Assembly: GCA_963575745.1 (NCBI GenBank)
Contig: CAUYUJ010000089.1
Coordinates: 62,001-118,426 of the forward strand
DNA length: 56,426 bases
From: Prorocentrum cordatum
Taxonomy: Eukaryota
Reading direction: 5' to 3'
A model generated the notes under the pieces. It did no database searches, had not been told where the DNA came from, and worked only from the letters and a program-made list of their open reading frames with translations. Positions within the stretch are counted from its first letter, which is position 1, and every line of letters begins with the position of its first letter. A program made the position numbers and the translations under genes. Positions 49,561 through 56,426 of the stretch are shown piece after piece.

Positions 49561-49582
49561 CTTGAGCCTTGAGCCTTGAGCC
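49561..49582 (-). other. Triplicated spliced-leader relic (G)GCTCAAG
   Basis: Plus strand cttgagc cttgagc cttgagc c, directly abutting the resumed target ggggaactcgtagagcttcc. Confidence 0.7.
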
Positions 49583-51892
49583 GGGGAACTCGTAGAGCTT
49601 CCAAGCTCGACTTGAGTTGAGAAAACCGAGAGCACCTACCAACATTCTGACTCATAGTGAATATTTTTTGACCTCTGAATGCGACAAGCGGGCGCGTCTG
49701 ATCAGACCGAGTTCAGACCTCTCAATGCGACAGGCGGACGCGTCTGATGTCTGCGAATCGACTCATGTGAGTACCAGCCCTGCAGCCCCCCTACAGCCCG
49801 AGTTAAGTGCAGAAAACCGACAGCATCTCTCAGGATGACTCGAATAATACAACAGTTTCGCAGACCTATTTCCAGCAGCAGACCAAGTTCTGGGCTCAAG
49901 AATCGACCAACGAACGCGCCGGATGTGTGCAAATCGATTTCTATGACCCGCAGCACTGTAGCCCTCCCCCAGCACGAGTTGAGTGCAGAAAATTGAGGGC
50001 ACTTTCCACGATGATTCGGACAATACGAATAGTTTCGCGAACCTAGCTCGGGCAGCAGGCCGAGTTCAGAGCTTTTCGCACAAGAGACAAACGCGCCCGA
50101 TAATTCTCAATCGATTTCTGTGACTGTAGTCTCTGTAGCTGCCGACAGCTCGAGTTAAGTACAGAAAATACCGAGAGCGTTTGTCAAGATGACTCGAATA
50201 ATACCAATAGATTTGCGGACCTAGCTTGGCTAGCAGACCGAGTTCAGACCTCTGGAGTCAAGAGGCGAACGCGCCTGATCATTCTGAACGCGATAGGTGT
50301 GCTTACCATCACTGTAGCTGCCCTGAAGCTCCAATTAAGTACAAAATACCCACCACGCGTATCAAGTGGACTCGAATAATACGAATAGGTTTGCGAACCT
50401 AGCTCGGCTAGACCGAGTTCAGACCTGTCGATTCAACGGGCAAACGCGCCCGATGATTCTGAGTGCGATAGATGTGCTTACCAGCACTGTAGCTGCCCTG
50501 AAGCTCGAGTTAAGTAGAAAATACCGACAACGCGTATCAAGATGACTCGAATAATACGAGTAGGTTTGCGGACCTAGCTCTGCTGATAGACCGAGTTGAG
50601 ACCTCTGGGTTCAACAGGCGAACGCGTCTCATGGTTCTGAGTGCGATAGCTGTGCTTACCAGCTCTGTAGCTGTCCTACAGCTCGAGTTAAGTACAAAAT
50701 ACCGACAATGCGTATCAAGATGACTCGAAACGACCGATCCCGCCAGTGTGCTTTTTGGCAGTAAAAGGTACCCGATCGAGCTGAGATCAAGATGGCGAGC
50801 GGGAATAAGATCGAATATCACGAGAAAAAATACTAGAGCTCTAACGAATTGTCCAATTTTTAGAACATAACTGGGCGCCGGCGGTAAACCGTCAACCTTT
50901 CTTACCGCCGGGGGACTCGTAGAGCTTCCTGACAATATATAATGTGGAAAAGAATTTCAGAGAACGACTAGTTTTTCAGCCCAAGCGATTACATACCTCT
51001 CAAGATGACTCTAACAAAAACAACGAACAGTTTTCCAATCGAGGTTGAGTATGAAACCGAGTTCAGACCTCTGAATGCGACAGGCGGACGCGTCTGATGT
51101 CTGCGGATCGGTTCCTGTGATTACCAGCTCTGCAGCCCCCCATACAGCCTGAGTTAAGTGCAGAAAACCGAGAGTACCTCTCAGGATGACTCGAATAATA
51201 CAACAGTTTCGCGAATCTTGTTCGAGCAGCAGAGCGAGTTCCGAGCTCTGAGTTCGACGAACGGACGCGCCTGATGTCTCGAAATCGATTCCTGTGACCA
51301 GCAGCACTGTAGCCCTGCCCCAGCACGATTTAAGTACAGAAACCGAGAGCACTTCTCAAGATGGCACGAACAATATCAATAGGTTCGCGAACCTAGCTCG
51401 CGGAGCAGGCCGAGTTCAGAGCTCTTGATTCAACAGACGAACGCGCCTGATAATTCTCAATCGATCTCTGTGATTACCAGCTCTGTGGCTGCCCTATAGA
51501 TCGAGTTAAGTACGGAAAATCGAGAGCATCTGCTACAATGACTCGAATAATACGAATAGGTTTGCGACCCTAGCTCGGCTAGCAGACCGAGTTCAGAGCT
51601 CTGGATTCAACAGGCGAACGCGCCTGATCATTCTGGATGCATTAGCTGTGCCAACCAGCTCTGTAGTTGTCCTGAAGCTCGAGTTATCTTGAGAAAACCG
51701 ACAGCGCGTATCAAGATGACTCGAAACGGCCGTTCCCGCCGGGACGCTTTTTGGCCTTCAAAGTTACCCGATCGAGCTGAGATCAAGATGACGAGCGGGA
51801 ATAAGATCGAATATCATGGGAAAAAATACTAGAGCTCAAACGAATTGTTGAATTTCGAGAACAAAATTTTCAACCGACCCAAAGTCACCAAA

Positions 51893-52291
51893 CTGGCGCC
51901 GGCGGTGAACCGTCAACCTGGTCACCGCCGGGAACCTCGTAGAGCTCCTTGCATCCGTGAGAAAGCTCAGCATCGAAGCGGGAGCTTCTGGTAGCTTTTC
52001 TAGAAAAACTTCAAGTTGAGATTTTTCGGAGTCAACATGAAGTCGGTTCCTCCAAGTGAACTGGTACTGGAAATGACTCTAGAGGGCTGAGCTGCTCAGA
52101 GAACAAAGTTTATATCTCAATGCTCGGAGTAAAAATCTGTTTTATCAAAATGAATTGTCAAATATCTTTCAAAAAAATTGCAAAACCACCCAAAAGTTGT
52201 CACATTGTCCGCCTCGGCCGGCTGGGCCAACTAGCTCCACCCCGCGCCGGAATTTCTCTAGCTCATCGATGCCGAAAAGCTCTACGAGGTA
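51893..52291 (-). mobile_element. Complete short-family (B) element
   Basis: Both termini; host split at caccaaa|aggtccgtc. Confidence 0.8.
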
Positions 52292-52363
52292 AGGTCCGTC
52301 GAGATTTTTCTTGCCAACTAGCTCTCCAGCTCCCCGGAATTACTCTTAAGCTTCCAGCAATAA

Positions 52364-53482
52364 CTGGGCGCCGGCGGTAAACCGTCAACCTTTCCTACCG
52401 CCGGGGGACTCGTAGAGCTTCCTGACAATATATAATGTGGGGAAGAATTTCAGAGAACGACTAGTTTTTCAGCCCAAGCGATTATAGACCTCTCAAGATG
52501 ACTCTAACAAAACAAACGAACAGTTTTCCAATCGAGCTCGAGTATGAAACCGAGTTCAGACCTCTGAATGCGACTGGCGGACGCGTCTCATGTCTGCGGA
52601 TCGATTCCTGTGATTACCAGCTCTGCAGCCCCCCATACAGCCTGAGTTAAGTGCAGAAAACCGAGAGTACCTCTCAGGATAACTCGAATAATACAACAGT
52701 TTCGTGGATCTCGTTCGCAGCAGACCGAGTTCCGAGCTCTCGGTTCGACCAACGGACGCGCCTAATGTCTCGAAATCGATTCCTGTGACCAGCAGCACTG
52801 TAGCCCTCCCCCAGCACGATTTAAGTACAGAAAACCGAGAGCACTTCTCAAGATGACTCGAACAATACCAATAGGTTCGCGAACCTAGCTCGGGAATCAG
52901 GCCGAATTCAGAGCTCTTGATTCAACAGACGAACGCGCCTGATAATTCTCAATCGATTTCTGTGATTATCAGCTCTGTGGCTGCCCTACAGATCGAGTTA
53001 AGTACGAAAAACCAAGAGCGTCTGCTACAATGACTCGAATAATACGAATAGGTTTGCGACCCTAGCTCGGCTAGCAGACCGAGTTCAGACCTCTGGATTC
53101 AACAGGCGAACGCGCCTGATCATTCTGAATGCATTAGCTGTGCTGACCAGCTCTGTAGTTGTCCTAAAGCTCGAGTTATCTTGAGAAAACCGACAGCGCG
53201 TATCAAGATAACTCGAAACGGCTGTTCCCGCCCGTGCGCTTTTTGGCCTTCAAAGTTACTCGATCGAGCTGAAATCAAGATGGCGAGCGGGAATAAGATC
53301 GAATATCATGGGAAAAAATACTAGAGCTCTAACGAATGTTCAAATTTCAAGAAGAAAATTTTCAACCGACCAAAAGTCAGCAAAAGGTCCGTCGAGATTT
53401 TTCTGGCCAACTAGCTCTCCAGCTCCCCGGAATTACTCTTAAGCTTCCAGCAATAACGTGCTAAGGGAAGCTCTACGAGTTA
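52364..53482 (-). mobile_element. Complete long-family (A) element
   Basis: Both termini; host split at cagcaataa|cttgctaaggg. Confidence 0.85.
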
Positions 53483-53585
53483 CTTGCTAAGGGAAGCTCT
53501 ACGAGTTATTTTCAACCGATCAAAAGTTGTGAAAAGTTCAGTTCTTTTTTTTCGAGCCAACTAGCTCTCCAGCGCGCCGGAATTA

Positions 53586-55761
53586 CTGGGCGCCGGCGGT
53601 AAACCGTCAACCTTTCTTACCGCCGGGGGACTCGTAGAGCTTCCTGACAATATATACTGTGGGACAAAACTCCAAGGAACGACTATTTTTTAAGCCCAAG
53701 CGATTTCAGACCTCTCAAGATAACGCTAACAAAAAACAAGCAGTTTCGCAACCCAGTTCGAGTATCAAACCGAGTTCAGACCTCTGAATGCGACAGGCGG
53801 GCGCGTCTGATGTCTGCGAATCCACTCATGTGATTCCCAGCCCTGAAGCCCCCCTACAGCCCGAGTTAAGTGCAGAAAACTAACAGTATCGACTCGAATA
53901 ATATAATAGTTTTGCGAACCTAGTTCGAGCAGCAGACCGAGTTCCGAGCTGTCGAATCGACCGAAAGACGCGCCTGGTGTGTGCAAATCGATATATGTGT
54001 CCTGCAGCACTGTAGCCATCCCCCAGCACAAGTTCAGTGCAGAATATTGAGAGCACGTCTCAAGATCATTCGGACAATATGAACAGTTTCGCGAACCTAG
54101 CTCGGGCAGCAGGCCGAGTTCAGAGCTCTCGGTTCAAAAGACGGACGCGACTGATGATTCCCCATCGATGTCTGTCACAATAAGCTCTGTAGCCGCCCTA
54201 CAGCTCGAGTTAAGTACAGAAAACCGAGAGCGTCTATCAAGATGACTCGAATAATACAAATAGGTTTGCGGACCTAGCTCGGCTAGCAGACCGAGTTCAG
54301 ACCTCTGGATTCAACACGCGAACGCGCGTGATGATTCTGAGTGCGATAGGTGTGCTTACCATCACTGTAGCTGCCCTAAAGCTCGAGTTAAGTACAGAAA
54401 ACCGAGAGTGTCTATCAAGATGACTCCAATAATACGAATAGGTTTGCGACCCTAGCTCGAATGGCAGACCGAGTTCAGACCTCTGGATTCAACAGACGAA
54501 CGCGCCTGATCATTCTGAGTGCGATAGCTGTGCTCACCAGCTCAGTAGCTGCCCTACAGCTCGAGTTAAGCACAAAATACCGACAGCGCGTATCAAGATG
54601 ACTCGAAACGGTCGTTCCCGCCGGGACGCTTTTTGGCCTTCAAAGTTACCCGATCGAGCTGAGATCAAGATGGCGAGCGGGAATAAGATCGAATATCATG
54701 GGAAAAAATACTAGAGCTCTAACGAATGTTGTCAAATTTCGAGAACAAAATTTTCAACCAACCAAAAGTCACCAAAAGGTCCGTCGAGATTTTTCTTGCC
54801 AAACTAGCTCTCCAGCGCTCCGGAATTACTCTTAAGCTTCCAGCAATAACTTGGCTAAGGGAAGCTCTACGAGTTACTGGGCGCCGGCGGTAAACCGTCA
54901 ACCTTGGTTACCGCCGGGGGACTCGTAGAGCTTCCTGACAACATATACTGTCGGAAAAAATTGCAGAGAACGAATAGTTTTTCAGCCGAGTTCGAGTATC
55001 AGACCGAGTTCAGACATCTGAATGCGACAGACGGACGCGTCTGATCTCGCCGAATCGATTCCTGTGATTACCCGCCCTGCAGCCTCCCTACAGCCCGAAT
55101 TAAGTGCAGAACGCCGACAGTAGCTCTCAAGATGACTGGAAGAATGCGAACAGTTTCGTGATTCTGGATCGCGCAACAGACTGAGTTCAGAGCTCTGGAT
55201 TCAACAGGCGAACGCGCCTGATGATCCTGAGTGCGATACGAGTGCTTACCAGCACTGTAGCTGCCCTACAGCTCGAGTTAAGTAGAAAATACCGACAACG
55301 TGTATCAAGTTGACTCGAATAATACAAACAGGTTTGCGGACCTAGCTCGGCTGACAGACCGAGTTCAGACCTCTGGGTTCAACAGGCGAACGCGCCTAAT
55401 CATTCTGCATGCATTAGCTGTGCTTACCAGCTCTGTAGCTGCTCTAGAGCTCGAGTTATGTTCAGAAAACCGACAGCGCGCATCAAGATGACTCGAAACG
55501 GGCGTTCCCGCCAGAGTGCTTTTTGGCCTTCAAAGTTACCCGATCGAGCTGAGATCAAGATGGAGAGCGGAAATAAGATCGAATATCACGGGAAAAAATA
55601 CTAGAGCTCTAACGAATGTTCAAATTTCGAGAACGAAATTTTCAACCGAGCAAAAGTCATCAAAAGTTCCGTCGAGATTTTTCTTGCCAACTAGCTCTCC
55701 AGCGCGCCGGAATTACTCTTAGCTTCCAGCTATAACTAGCTAAGGGAAGCTCTACGAGTTA
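53586..55761 (-). mobile_element. Two complete long-family elements head-to-tail (53586-54876 and 54877-55761) at one site
   Basis: Junction tacgagtta|ctgggcgcc; host split at ggaatta|ctcttagcttcc. Confidence 0.8.
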
Positions 55762-56426
55762 CTCTTAGCTTCCAGCTATAACTGGCGCCGGCGGTAAACC
55801 GTCAACCTGGTCACCGCCGGGAACCTCGTAGAGCTCCTACGCGCGTACAAGTGCTGAGCATCATAAGAGAGGCCTTCTGGAGGCATTTCTCAAGAAAGAG
55901 AAAACATGATGTTTTTTTAATGTCGAAATGAAGTTAGTTTCGCCAAGTGTTTTGATAGTAAAAGTGCATCTAGAGAGCTCATATCGAGACGCAGAGGCCC
56001 TCATAGTCGTCTACAGGTGCGAAGAATCTGCTTTCTCAAAATAAATGGTCAACTATCTTTCAAAAAATCGCAAAACCACCCAAAAGTTGTCACATTGTCC
56101 GTTCTGGCCGGGTCGGCCAACTGGGCGCCGGCGGTAAACCGTCAACCTTTCTTACCGCCGGGGGACTCGTAGAGCTTCCTGACAATATATACTGTGGAAA
56201 AAAACTCAAAAGAACGACTATTTCTTTAAGCCCAAGCGATTTCAGACCTCTCAAGATAACGCTAACAAAAAGCAAACAGTTTCGCAACCCAGTTCGAGTA
56301 TCAAACCGAGTTCAGACCTCTGAATTCGACAGACGGGCGCGTCTGATGTCTGCGAATCCACTCATCTCATTCCCAGCTCTGAAGCCCCCCTACAGCCCGA
56401 GTTAAGTGCAGAAAACCGACAGTATC

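Larger units (their letters stand above)
47435..49582 (-). mobile_element. RT-less retro-insert (non-autonomous element or retrocopy) in the hairpin loop
   Basis: (CAAA)n tail at 47435-47449; 5' end GGCTCAAG GCTCAAG GCTCAAG; shares CTGCCTGGGGAACCTCC with the 5' end of LINE copy 2; same target position as the LINEs. Confidence 0.85.
14587..56426 (-). mobile_element. Nested stack of non-autonomous Helentron/Helitron2-like elements (several families)
   Basis: Terminus CTG(G)GCGCCGGCGGTRAACCGTCAACC...TYACCGCCGG...CTCGTAGAGCT starts at ~16087, 16336, 16669, 17817, 18150, 19316, 20455, 21177, 21755, 27889, 29012, 29436, 30245, 31552, 33781, 35993, 36388, 36726, 37639, 37964, 38644, 39569, 39853, 41053, 42006, 42715, 43026, 45162, 46700, 46869, 47403, 50871, 51893, 52364, 53586, 54877, 55782 and 56121; opposite ends read AGCTCTACGAG(T/G)TA. 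Confidence 0.8.

Noticed and set aside
16478..56287. Dozens of 60-210-aa ORFs in the array (SELGLL...SSH.ERCCRF types)
   Set aside because: They are translations of the 177-bp repeat, with stops and frameshifts differing between copies.
16336..56426. CRISPR array or integron attC-cassette interpretation of the recurring palindrome
   Set aside because: Intervening sequences are long homologous repeats rather than unique spacers or gene cassettes; there is no cas or integrase gene; nested insertion explains the junctions.

Overview
Eukaryotic, repeat-dominated DNA with no convincing host gene. It is probably dinoflagellate: two inserted retro-sequences begin with GGCTCAAG, the 3' end of the dinoflagellate spliced leader. 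1-5.5 kb is simple, mini-satellite and low-complexity sequence. From ~5.5 kb to the end the window is one Russian-doll stack of about 40 non-coding elements with Helentron/Helitron2 (HINE/DINE-1-like) architecture: 5' subTIR plus internal IR, ~177-bp central tandem repeats in the long families, 3' subTIR, GC-rich terminal hairpin and CCAG end, inserted before a T without TSD. All but one are co-oriented on the - strand, and they insert mostly into each other's 5' ends with exact last-in/first-out bracket matching. Five retro-insertions sit at the same position in the loop of the terminal hairpin: four members of a non-LTR retrotransposon family (ORF1, APE endonuclease, RT with a WADN motif, circularly permuted RNase H) and one RT-less element carrying an intronless ~525-aa ORF. 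Together these look like a layered parasite system: self-targeting rolling-circle-type elements, hairpin-targeting LINEs, and a LINE-mobilised SL-tagged passenger. Family assignments rest on motifs read by eye, not on database searches.
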